Assembly: GCA_963602825.1 (NCBI GenBank)
Contig: CAVCKO010000013.1
Coordinates: 64-64,063 of the forward strand
Origin: Treponemataceae bacterium
Lineage (GTDB): Bacteria > Actinomycetota > Coriobacteriia > Coriobacteriales > Coriobacteriaceae
Direction: 5' to 3'
Length of the DNA stretch: 64,000 nucleotides
Below are positions 38,557-48,766 of this stretch, in pieces. A model generated the notes under the pieces. That model was not told where the DNA came from and did not search any database. It saw nothing but the letters and a program-made list of their open reading frames with translations. Each line of letters starts with the position of its first letter. The stretch's first letter is position 1. The position numbers were made by a program, and so were the translations under genes.

Positions 38557-39693
38557 ATGGACATGTCGAAGAAATGCATGTCGCGTGCGGCGTTTGTGCG
38601 CAGGGTGGCTGCTGGCGTGGCGATGGTTGCTGCGGGCATGGGCGCTGGGGCGCTCTCTGGCTGTGGGGCGTCCGGTGACGCCGATGGTGCGCGTACCGTT
38701 ACGGACATGGCGGGCCGCAAGGTGTCGGTGCCGCACCATGTCGAGCGGGTGTTCTGCACCAACCCAATCGGCACGGTTGACCTGTATGGGCTCGACCCCG
38801 CGCTGCTCTGCGGATGGAACTTTAAGCCGTCAGGCGATCGCCGCAGCTATATCCCCAAAAAGTATCTCGACCTTCCGGCGCTTGGCGTGTGGATGGGCTC
38901 GGGCTCGACCCCCAACGCCGAGGAGGTTGCGGCGCAAGATCCCGATGTGCTGCTTTGCTTTTGGACGGCCGATAAAGCCGGCGCCAAGATGGCCGATTCG
39001 ATTGCCGAGGACACCGGGCTGCCCGTGCTCGTCGTCGACTACGACATTCGCCATTTGGAGCAGGCGTATCAGTTTGTGGGAACGCTCGTGGGCGAGAAAG
39101 ACCGTACGCGCGAGCTGGCGTCGTTTTGCCAGGGATATCTCGATCGCGCCGTCGCCATTGCAGAGGCGGTGCCCGAGGAGGAGCGCAAGTCGATTTTTCT
39201 TGCTCAGGGTAAAGACGGCCTTACGACCGACCCCGTCGGCAGCATGCATGTGACCGATGCACTCGAAATGCTGCATATTGGCAATGTTGCCGACCTGCCT
39301 GGGACAACTGGCAAAGGCATGGGTATGCCGACGGTCAACCTGGAGCAAATTATCAGCTGGAATCCCGATGCCGTGCTGGTGGCCGAGTACAGTATGAGCA
39401 ATGCCGAGAGCTCCGATATCTATGGGGAGATTGTGGCCGATTCGCATTGGGCGAACGTGCCGGCGGTGGCCGAAGGGCGGATCTATCGGGTGCCCCAGGC
39501 GCCATTCTCGTGGTTTGGGCGCCCGCCCTCGGCCATGCGCGCGCTTGGATGCCTCTGGCTCGTAAAAGTGCTGTATCCGGACTACGCCGCCGATATCGAT
39601 ATCGCCGAGGAGACACGGGCGTTCTACCGCGAATTCTTACGCGTCGAAATCGAGGACGACCGCCTGACAGAGCTGCTATCCACAGCCCTCTAG
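38557..39693 (+). CDS. Class III (helical-backbone) substrate-binding lipoprotein
   Basis: LSGC lipobox, VTDMAGRKV, EEVAAQDPD, VNLEQIISWNPD, PAVAEGRIYRVPQAPFSWFGRPPS. Confidence 0.92.
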   Translation: MDMSKKCMSRAAFVRRVAAGVAMVAAGMGAGALSGCGASGDADGARTVTDMAGRKVSVPHHVERVFCTNPIGTVDLYGLDPALLCGWNFKPSGDRRSYIPKKYLDLPALGVWMGSGSTPNAEEVAAQDPDVLLCFWTADKAGAKMADSIAEDTGLPVLVVDYDIRHLEQAYQFVGTLVGEKDRTRELASFCQGYLDRAVAIAEAVPEEERKSIFLAQGKDGLTTDPVGSMHVTDALEMLHIGNVADLPGTTGKGMGMPTVNLEQIISWNPDAVLVAEYSMSNAESSDIYGEIVADSHWANVPAVAEGRIYRVPQAPFSWFGRPPSAMRALGCLWLVKVLYPDYAADIDIAEETRAFYREFLRVEIEDDRLTELLSTAL

Positions 39694-39710
39694 ATACACA
39701 GACGCTCATT

Positions 39711-39778
39711 CTAACTTGCGGTGAAATAGTCCCCGAGGGCCCTTCGGGCCGCATTGGAACTATTTCACCGCAAGTTAG
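39711..39778 (+). repeat. Palindromic REP-like element, right island border (may act as terminator)
   Basis: CTAACTTGCGGTGAAATAGT...ACTATTTCACCGCAAGTTAG; 22 bp identical to 18883-18904. Confidence 0.85.
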
Positions 39779-39788
39779 GGGTGGTTGC

Positions 39789-40667
39789 TTACTGGTTCAT
39801 GTTGCCGTGGATGTAGGGGGTTACCTGGGGGGAGATGTGACCGCAGCCTAGGTTGCGTAGGGCGGACTCGATGGCGGCGGGCAGCGGGGTTTTGCCCTCG
39901 GCGTCGACCGGGGTTCCGCCGAGGGCGGCGATCTTGGTGACGTCGGACGGGGCGGCCTCGATGTGCATGCAGCCGCCGACCAGGCGCGCACGGACCTGAG
40001 CCAGGTCAAGGTCGTGCAGGTAATCCTCGCAGGCGCGAATCAAATCGACCTTCTCACGCGTGAGCTCCTCGCCCGTGGGGATGCGCGTGGCAAGGCAGGC
40101 GCCGGCGGGCAGATTCCAAACGGGATAGCCCCATGTACGCAGCAGCTCGCGCTCCTCGTCCTTGGTAAAGCCGACCTCCATAAGGGGCGAGCGCACGCCG
40201 AGTTCCTCGGCGGCACGCATACCGGGACGGTAGTCGCCGCGGTCGCTCGCGTTGCTGCCGTCGATGACGGTGGGGAAACCCAGCGACTTGGCGTGGTTGA
40301 CGATGGCGGTGAAGCCTGCGCGCTTGCAGTGGTAGCAGCGGTCGGCGTCATTGCAGGCAACCTGCGGAAGCTGGAGCTGGTCGACCGAAAGATTGAGCAC
40401 CGGAAGTTTAAAATGCGGGCCCTCATTGGACTGTCCGTCAACGGATCGCTCAAACGAAGCCTGCTCGGGCGTGCCGATGAGCGGTGTGGTGAGATGGACG
40501 AGGAGGGTATTGGCGGGCATGATGCGAGAGCAGACGGCGGCCAAAAAGCTGCTGTCGACGCCGCCGGAAAAGCCGATGGCGACGCGTCCATATGCCAAAA
40601 GCAGCTGCTCGAGCGCTGCGAGTTTGTTCTGAAGCTCCTCTGCGGGCGCGGTGGTGTCTGAAAGCAT
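39789..40667 (-). CDS. larE: LarE-family ATP-dependent sulfur transferase (nickel-pincer nucleotide biosynthesis family)
   Basis: FSGGVDS PP-loop, DRCYHCK, DGSNASDRGDYRPG, SPL, PAGACLATRIP, VRAR. Confidence 0.87.
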   Translation of the reverse strand: MLSDTTAPAEELQNKLAALEQLLLAYGRVAIGFSGGVDSSFLAAVCSRIMPANTLLVHLTTPLIGTPEQASFERSVDGQSNEGPHFKLPVLNLSVDQLQLPQVACNDADRCYHCKRAGFTAIVNHAKSLGFPTVIDGSNASDRGDYRPGMRAAEELGVRSPLMEVGFTKDEERELLRTWGYPVWNLPAGACLATRIPTGEELTREKVDLIRACEDYLHDLDLAQVRARLVGGCMHIEAAPSDVTKIAALGGTPVDAEGKTPLPAAIESALRNLGCGHISPQVTPYIHGNMNQ

Positions 40668-40833
40668 GAAACGTTCCTTACAGTTAAAAGCTCGGACGAA
40701 ACTATAATCCTACCGAGCCGCTCGCCATAAGACTTCTATCTATGTAACGAAAGTGCAATATGTATATACGTTATATACAAGTTTGTAAAGTGCGGTAGAG
40801 TAGCGGCAATGCAAGCCGATGAGGGGGAACGAA

Positions 40834-41484
40834 ATGATCAAGGCTGTCATTTTTGATATGGACGGAACGCTCGTGGACACCGAGCGCTTGGGTATTAAGG
40901 CGTGGAAAGCGAGTGCCGTTGAGCTGGGACTCGCGATCGATGAGGCGCTGATTCATCAGTTCATCGGTCGCACGCTGCCCGATGTTATGGGCATTCTCGA
41001 GAAACACTACGGCAGCCACGAAACTGCCGATGCCCTCTATGTTCGTCACAAAGTAATTCGCGACGAGATGGTGAAGACCGAGCTGGAGCTTAAGGCCGGC
41101 GCTACCGAGTGCCTGGACGAGCTTTTGGCTGCGGGCTATCACGTGGGTCTCGCGACGTCGTCGCGCCATGTTACGGCCGAGCGTAACCTTAAGATGGTCG
41201 GCCTCTTTGACAAGTTTGAGACCGTGACCTGCGGTGAGGATGTTGTGCACGGCAAGCCCGATCCCGAGATGTATCTGCTCGCCTGCAAGCGCGCGGGCTT
41301 TGCCCCCGAGGAGTGCGCCGTGGTCGAGGATTCGCGCAACGGCTGCGTCTCGGGTATCACGGCGGGCTGCCATGTCTTTGCCGTGCCCGATATCGTCCCG
41401 CTGCCGCAGGACGTGGTGGACGGTTGCGACGCCGTGCTCGACACGCTGTTCGATCTGACGGCGGCGGTCAAGGCCGTGCGCTAG
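40834..41484 (+). CDS. HAD-family phosphatase (beta-PGM/CbbY-like)
   Basis: FDMDGTLVDTE, ATSS, GKPDPEMY, VEDSRNG. Confidence 0.92.
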   Translation: MIKAVIFDMDGTLVDTERLGIKAWKASAVELGLAIDEALIHQFIGRTLPDVMGILEKHYGSHETADALYVRHKVIRDEMVKTELELKAGATECLDELLAAGYHVGLATSSRHVTAERNLKMVGLFDKFETVTCGEDVVHGKPDPEMYLLACKRAGFAPEECAVVEDSRNGCVSGITAGCHVFAVPDIVPLPQDVVDGCDAVLDTLFDLTAAVKAVR

Positions 41485-41538
41485 CGCCCCGTGCGCAACC
41501 TTTCTTCGTTCTGGCGAACGTTACGAATGCAAAAGAGT

Positions 41539-41581
41539 AAAGGGCCCGACAAGTACCTGCTTGTCGGGCCCTTTTTGTTTT
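41539..41581. terminator. Bidirectional terminator
   Basis: AAAGGGCCCGACAAG-tacctg-CTTGTCGGGCCCTTTTT. Confidence 0.85.
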
Positions 41582-41625
41582 GAGCGGCGGCCTGGGGCAT
41601 CGGGGGTCTGTTGCTCGGTTCGGCT

Positions 41626-42987
41626 TTACAGACAGAAACACATGTAGAGCGGCAACCTGATAACGTCATCTTCCACAACCAACGGCTTGGGATGGAGGAT
41701 ATAGCTCGTCCCTACGCGCTTCCCAAATTTCGCTGAAAACTTGTTGAGCGAAGATGTCCGGTATCGCTTTTTAGATTTGACTTCGATGGGGGACACTCTC
41801 ATGCGGCCGGCCGCGTCGTCATATCCTTTGACAATCAGAAAATCAATCTCCATGGTGTTTTTAGGGTTTGAATCATCTCGAACGGAGTAGAAGTAAAGCC
41901 CATGTCCCGCGGCGGCGAGTTGCTGAGCAATCACGTTTTCCGTAAACATGCCCTCATTGAGTTCGAGTTTATCGAGCAGTATGTCCCTGTAAACCTCATG
42001 CGGGGTTACCTGATTGTCGCGGAACGTTTGCGAAACCAAGAGACCCGTGTCGGACATGTAACATTTAAATGTTGAATCTTCCGCGCTAAGCGAGAGTCCG
42101 ACCGAGGGGTCTGTAACGCTAAGGCAAGTTGCCCCTATGCAAGAGTCGGCAAGCCAAAAGAATGAGTCGGCGTAGTCGCGGCTTCGTGCATTTTTGTCTA
42201 ATGCGGCGAGGCGATACTTTTTGTCATGCTTTGCAAGCTGTCCCGGCAGGGTTCTAAAAACGCGGCGGATCCTAGTGGCGTCCGTGCCTCCAAAGCGCTC
42301 GATATCGAAGTCATAGAGATTTAGAATGTCGCGCTTCACGACATCGACGGCACCAAAATCGTGCTTAGTGAGATATTCGTCGACCGCCTGAGGCATGCCT
42401 CCTACAAGCATGTATTCCCTAAAGAGCCGTTCGGCTTTTCTGTGGAGGGGAGGAGGCAATGGTTGCAGGCTCTCGTAGGAGGATCGAATTGCTTGGGCCA
42501 GAGGCCGTTCGTCGCACGCCCAGAGGAACTCTTCAAAATCGAGAGGGTGAAGCGTCATTGCGCGTTCTTCCGAAGGGACGACAATCCCCTCGATGTTCTT
42601 TTTTATCGAGATGAGCGAGCCAGTTTCTATGTAGTCATAACGGCCGTCGGCGACGAGTTGCTTGATAAATTCTCGTGCGGCAGGACAACGCTGAACCTCG
42701 TCAAGGACTATGACGGATTGTCGTTTGGGAAGGGCTTTGCCTGTATAAGCGGTCAGGTACATGAAGAAGGAGTCGATGTCAGATCGATATTGAAGGAAAA
42801 GCTCTTTAATGTCGTCAGAGACTTCTGAGAAGTCGAGCATAAGGCATGCTTCATATTCTCTGTGGGCGAATTCGCTCACGAGCGTGCTTTTGCCCACACG
42901 ACGGGCGCCCTCGATAAGCAGCGCTCTTGATCCTTTGCATTCGTTCTTCCAGGCGAGAAGGCGCTGATACAGCTTTCGTTCGAACAT
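41626..42987 (-). CDS. AAA_14-type ATPase with C-terminal DUF4143 (PD-(D/E)xK-like) domain
   Basis: GARRVGKS, LDEVQ, ETGS, PLDFEEF, GGMP, DTGLL, EN, EIDF...PIEVKS; visibly more AT-rich than flanks. Confidence 0.88.
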   Translation of the reverse strand: MFERKLYQRLLAWKNECKGSRALLIEGARRVGKSTLVSEFAHREYEACLMLDFSEVSDDIKELFLQYRSDIDSFFMYLTAYTGKALPKRQSVIVLDEVQRCPAAREFIKQLVADGRYDYIETGSLISIKKNIEGIVVPSEERAMTLHPLDFEEFLWACDERPLAQAIRSSYESLQPLPPPLHRKAERLFREYMLVGGMPQAVDEYLTKHDFGAVDVVKRDILNLYDFDIERFGGTDATRIRRVFRTLPGQLAKHDKKYRLAALDKNARSRDYADSFFWLADSCIGATCLSVTDPSVGLSLSAEDSTFKCYMSDTGLLVSQTFRDNQVTPHEVYRDILLDKLELNEGMFTENVIAQQLAAAGHGLYFYSVRDDSNPKNTMEIDFLIVKGYDDAAGRMRVSPIEVKSKKRYRTSSLNKFSAKFGKRVGTSYILHPKPLVVEDDVIRLPLYMCFCL

Positions 42988-43019
42988 GATGCTCCAAACA
43001 GCTTAAATTATCTGCGTAA

Positions 43020-43136
43020 ACACGAAATGGAGAGTTAATTTAGCTGAATCATACACGAAATGGAAAGTTAAATACAGAGTAATTTACACGATATGGGAAG
43101 TTAAATACGCGCTAGTTTACACGAAATGGGAAGTTA
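43020..43136. repeat. Four direct repeats with exact 33-bp period upstream of the AAA_14/DUF4143 gene
   Basis: ACACGAWATGGRRAGTTA core starting at 43020, 43053, 43086, 43119. Confidence 0.9.
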
Positions 43137-43196
43137 CGCTCGCGTGGGCATAGCTGAAACGCCCCGCCGTACCTAAAGATACGGCGGGGTGTTCGC

Positions 43197-44309
43197 TTAC
43201 AAATACGCGCCGAGGTTGATGGCGGTGGCGTCGGTTTGGATGCTTGCCTGGGTGCTCGCACGTTCCAGCAAAAATGGGCGCACGATTTCCTGACGGTTGA
43301 TGTCTTCGGTGGCGGTGACCGTTGTGACGGGGCGGGCGGCCGAGCCGACGCGGATGTGTTTGGTTTTGGGCGGTGTCTTTTGCTCGATTTGCTCCATGAG
43401 CAGCTGGACGCCCTTGCGGCCAATCTCGTAGCCCGGGGGAGCCACCGTGGTGAGCGAGACGGATCCGCTCCAGGCAAGCGGGTTGCCGTCGCATCCGGCG
43501 ACAAGAATCTGGCCGGGGACAGAGATGCCCTTGTCGACCAACGCCGAAATGACGCCCGAGGCCAGCACGTCGGTCAGGCCGACGACAAAATCGGGGCGTT
43601 CCTCGGCCGGGCGCTCGGCAATCTGCGTGCCGATGCCGTAACCGTCCGCCGCGGTGTTCCATTCGCCGGCGTCGATAACTTCGATCTTAATGTCGGGACG
43701 CATTGCCAGCGCCTTGTGAATGCCAAGAACGCGCAGGGTGAGCTGCATAAATGCCGCTCGACCCACAACGACGATATGGTGTGCGCCGCGGGCGATGGCG
43801 AGCTCGGCGATAATGCGCCCCTGGGCCTCGTTGTCGGCAGCCACATAGTAGCCAGGCTCGGAGCAATGGATGTCCAAATGGACGATGGGCACGGGCATCT
43901 TAGTCATGGCCGGATGCCAGTCGGGGGACGCCATGGGCTGAACCATAACGCCGGACATCTGGGTGCCCATAAAATAGCGCAGGTAGTGGTCCTCGAGAAT
44001 ATCATCGTTGTCGGCGTTGGCGATAAGCAGGTCATAGCCGTGCTTGCGGGCCTCGTTGTGGGCGCCGCTGGCAATCTGGAGCGAAAAGCCGTGGTCGAGG
44101 CGGGGGAGGACCAGGCCAAAGGACTTGGTAGTGCCGCCAGCCAGCTGACGGGCGCTTTGGTTGGGCAGGTAGCCTAGACGATTGATGGTCTCGTTGATGA
44201 GTTTGAGGGTCTCGGGGCGCAGCTTTTCGGGATGGTTGAGCGCGTTGGAAACCGTGCCCAACGAAACTCCGGCCTCGCGCGCGACGTCGCTGATTTTAAC
44301 CTTTGCCAT
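43197..44309 (-). CDS. LacI-family transcriptional regulator
   Basis: KISDVAREAGVSLGTVSNALN...LGYLPNQSARQL; start at MAKVKI. Confidence 0.92.
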   Translation of the reverse strand: MAKVKISDVAREAGVSLGTVSNALNHPEKLRPETLKLINETINRLGYLPNQSARQLAGGTTKSFGLVLPRLDHGFSLQIASGAHNEARKHGYDLLIANADNDDILEDHYLRYFMGTQMSGVMVQPMASPDWHPAMTKMPVPIVHLDIHCSEPGYYVAADNEAQGRIIAELAIARGAHHIVVVGRAAFMQLTLRVLGIHKALAMRPDIKIEVIDAGEWNTAADGYGIGTQIAERPAEERPDFVVGLTDVLASGVISALVDKGISVPGQILVAGCDGNPLAWSGSVSLTTVAPPGYEIGRKGVQLLMEQIEQKTPPKTKHIRVGSAARPVTTVTATEDINRQEIVRPFLLERASTQASIQTDATAINLGAYL

Positions 44310-44374
44310 AGCGGCCCCTTTGATGCGTTTCAAGTACAAGCCTGATTGTAGCATCGCCCGCCCCCGGGGTGTCA

Positions 44375-44428
44375 AAACCTGCCAATTAGGGACAGGTTTA
44401 TTTTGGCAGGTTTTATCTGGGGAAACGC
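44375..44428 (-). repeat. Dispersed 54-bp REP-like repeat, copy 2
   Basis: Reverse complement of 18775-18828 with 5 mismatches. Confidence 0.85.
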
Positions 44429-44436
44429 CGTTGCCC

Positions 44437-44475
44437 AAACCACCACGAAGGTGCCTGTCCCCTTCGTGGTGGTTT
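44437..44475 (+). repeat. REP-like hairpin with GTGCCTGTCCC loop, copy 1
   Basis: AAACCACCACGAAGG-TGCCTGTCC-CCTTCGTGGTGGTTT. Confidence 0.85.
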
Positions 44476-44626
44476 GGACGTGTGTACATCGGGTGGTATC
44501 TAAGTTGAGATACCACTTCTGGTATATCAGCTTGCGCTCGCGTGAGTACAATACTCGAACGTTATACGTCTCAGCGCCCCCTGTGCGTGGACGTCTTGCA
44601 GTCACGCGAACGAAGGGATCTATCCT

Positions 44627-46474
<1,848 letters not shown>

Positions 46475-46502
46475 TTGTTGTTCCGCCGTTCTAACGACTA
46501 AG

Positions 46503-46537
46503 CCCCGGCTCCGCATCAGACGGAGCCGGGCCTTTTT
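46503..46537 (+). terminator. glmS terminator
   Basis: CCCGGCTCCG...CGGAGCCGGG plus T run. Confidence 0.8.
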
Positions 46538-46545
46538 GTGCGGAG

Positions 46546-46584
46546 AAACCACCACAAAGGTGCCTGTCCCCTTTGTGGTGGTTT
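46546..46584 (+). repeat. REP-like hairpin with GTGCCTGTCCC loop, copy 2
   Basis: AAACCACCACAAAGG-TGCCTGTCC-CCTTTGTGGTGGTTT; compensatory G-C to A-T change versus copy 1. Confidence 0.85.
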
Positions 46585-46591
46585 TGGCAGG

Positions 46592-47293
46592 TTAGCGGAG
46601 CTTGCTGGTTTCGAAGTACTCGGGGAACTGGTCGAGAACCTCGGTTTGGTTGCGGAACATCATGTGCAGGTGCTTGCTCACCAAAAAGCTCGCCTCGATG
46701 GGGTCGCGACCGGCGATGGCGCGGCGGATCTTCTTGTGCTCGTTCACGATGTCCTGATTGTCCAGAACCTGCGTGGCGGCGCGCAGCCAGCGGAAGCGCT
46801 CCAGGTCGGCGTTGGTTGCCTCGAGCCAAGACCACACGGTGCTGCGGCATGCAATGCTAAAGATCATGTGGTGCATGAGGTTGTCACTCAAAAAGAAGCC
46901 GATGCGGTCATCCTCGGCCATGGCCTTTTCCTGCAGAGCGATGGCGCGGTCGAGCTGCTCGATGCCGGCCGACGTGGCGCGGGCGCAGCACTCCACAATT
47001 ACCTGTTTTTCCAGGTGCTCGCGAATGTAGCAGGCGCTTTCGGCAAGGGTGAGGTTGATGGGTGAGACATAGGTGCCGCTCTGGGGTACGGTGCGCACCA
47101 GGCCTTCCTGCGCCAAGCGCACCAGCGCCTCACGCACGGGCGTGCGACCCATATCCAGGTCATCGCAAAGCTGTTTGACGCCGAGTTTTTCGCCCGGCTT
47201 GTAATCCAGGTAGACGATTTTGCGTCGAATGGTGTGGTAGGACTGGTCCTGTAGGCTCGTTTCCTGCTCGCCGATGTGCATCGAATCTTCCAT
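46592..47293 (-). CDS. GntR-family regulator (FCD domain)
   Basis: PGEKL...MGRTPVREALVRLAQEGLV...PQSGT; D-xx-MHH and EH motifs. Confidence 0.92.
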   Translation of the reverse strand: MEDSMHIGEQETSLQDQSYHTIRRKIVYLDYKPGEKLGVKQLCDDLDMGRTPVREALVRLAQEGLVRTVPQSGTYVSPINLTLAESACYIREHLEKQVIVECCARATSAGIEQLDRAIALQEKAMAEDDRIGFFLSDNLMHHMIFSIACRSTVWSWLEATNADLERFRWLRAATQVLDNQDIVNEHKKIRRAIAGRDPIEASFLVSKHLHMMFRNQTEVLDQFPEYFETSKLR

Positions 47294-47465
47294 AGCGCCT
47301 CACTGCCGTTGTATCACACTCATATGTCAGTTGTTTATTATGCCGCGAATCAGCTCTCCGTGGTGGGTAATTCAATTACCCGATGGAAGCTTTTGCAGCG
47401 CTGTGCCCCGCTCGTTGCCGTATCATGAACCGTCGCAAAAAACAGACCGAAAGAAGGAATCCCGC

Positions 47466-48500
47466 ATGCAACTTGCCAATACCGTTCGCGAGCGCTGGAA
47501 AGGCGTCCTGTTCTGCCTGGTTATCGCCGTCCCCGCAACACTGCTCGGCAAACAGGTTGAGGTGGTCGGCGGGCCGGTATTTGCCATCCTCATCGGCATG
47601 GTTCTGGCGCTTGCCTTTCCCAAGGATCGTCGCGAACCGCTCGCTGCCGGCGTCACCTATGCATCCAAAAAGATCCTGCAGTATGCGGTTATCCTGCTTG
47701 GCTTTGGCATGAACCTCTCGCAGATTCTGTCAAAGGGCGCCCAGTCGCTGCCGATTATCGTGGCGACGATCTCGACCTCGCTTGTCATCGCTTTTGTGCT
47801 CTGCCGCGTCATGAAGGTTCCGAGCAAGATTGCGACGCTCGTGGGCGTGGGTTCGTCGATTTGCGGAGGTTCCGCCATTGCCGCGACCGCGCCCGTCATC
47901 GATGCCGACGATCGCGAAATCGCCCAGGTCATCTCGGTTATCTTCCTGTTTAACGTTATCGCGGCGCTCGTGTTTCCGACGCTCGGCGGCATGCTTGGCC
48001 TGACCAACGAGGGCTTTGGCCTGTTTGCCGGTACCGCCATCAACGACACCTCGTCCGTAACGGCTGCGGCGAGCGCTTGGGACAGCATGCATCCCGGCGC
48101 CAATGTGCTTGAGAGCGCCACGGTTGTTAAGCTCACCAGGACGCTGGCCATCATTCCCATCACGCTGGCGCTTGCTTACTGGAAGATGCGTCTGGCGCGC
48201 AAGGCCGGCGGCGATGCCAAAAATACCTTCTCGTTTAAGCGGGCGTTTCCGATGTTTATCCTGTTCTTTGTGCTGGCGAGCGTGGTCACCACGGTGTTTC
48301 AGCTTCCCGTGTCCATTACGGCGCCCATCAAGGAGCTGTCGAAGTTCTTTATCGTGACGGCCATGGCGGCCATTGGCTTTAACACCGATATCGTCGAGCT
48401 GGTCAAAAAGGGCGGCAAACCCATTGCGTTGGGCTTTTGCTGCTGGATTGGCATTGCGTGCATGAGCTTGGGAATGCAGCACGTGCTGGGAATCTGGTAG
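47466..48500 (+). CDS. YeiH/UPF0324 family membrane protein (putative sulfate exporter)
   Basis: GVGSSICGGSAIAATAP, GTAINDTSSV, VKLTRT. Confidence 0.9.
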   Translation: MQLANTVRERWKGVLFCLVIAVPATLLGKQVEVVGGPVFAILIGMVLALAFPKDRREPLAAGVTYASKKILQYAVILLGFGMNLSQILSKGAQSLPIIVATISTSLVIAFVLCRVMKVPSKIATLVGVGSSICGGSAIAATAPVIDADDREIAQVISVIFLFNVIAALVFPTLGGMLGLTNEGFGLFAGTAINDTSSVTAAASAWDSMHPGANVLESATVVKLTRTLAIIPITLALAYWKMRLARKAGGDAKNTFSFKRAFPMFILFFVLASVVTTVFQLPVSITAPIKELSKFFIVTAMAAIGFNTDIVELVKKGGKPIALGFCCWIGIACMSLGMQHVLGIW

Positions 48501-48766
48501 GCAAGGCAGCCGATTTGCGTGCTGCGCGCTGCGACCGCTTGCCTGCGGTGGAGCGATAGGAGCTCTTGCGGGTATGGCTTGTCCGCAGGTTTATAGGTCC
48601 CGAAGAGCTCTTATCGCCCCGCCAGGATGGCGATGCGGGGCAACTCATATACTCGCAGGATGGCGCCTTCTGCCCTATAGTGTTTGGTGAGCAATATCGT
48701 TCAATTTTGAAACACTCGGCTGTGCGCCCGCCGGTGGCGGCGCGGTGCGGAAGGCGGGAGCGCAAC

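Noticed and set aside
43020..43136. CRISPR array
   Set aside because: Linkers are only ~15 bp and partly similar, the repeats are degenerate, and no cas genes are in the window; kept as a phased repeat instead.
44570..44626. glmS ribozyme (AGCGCC upstream of glmS)
   Set aside because: Only ~50 nt remain before the start codon and the downstream GACGAGG/P2-P4 core is absent.
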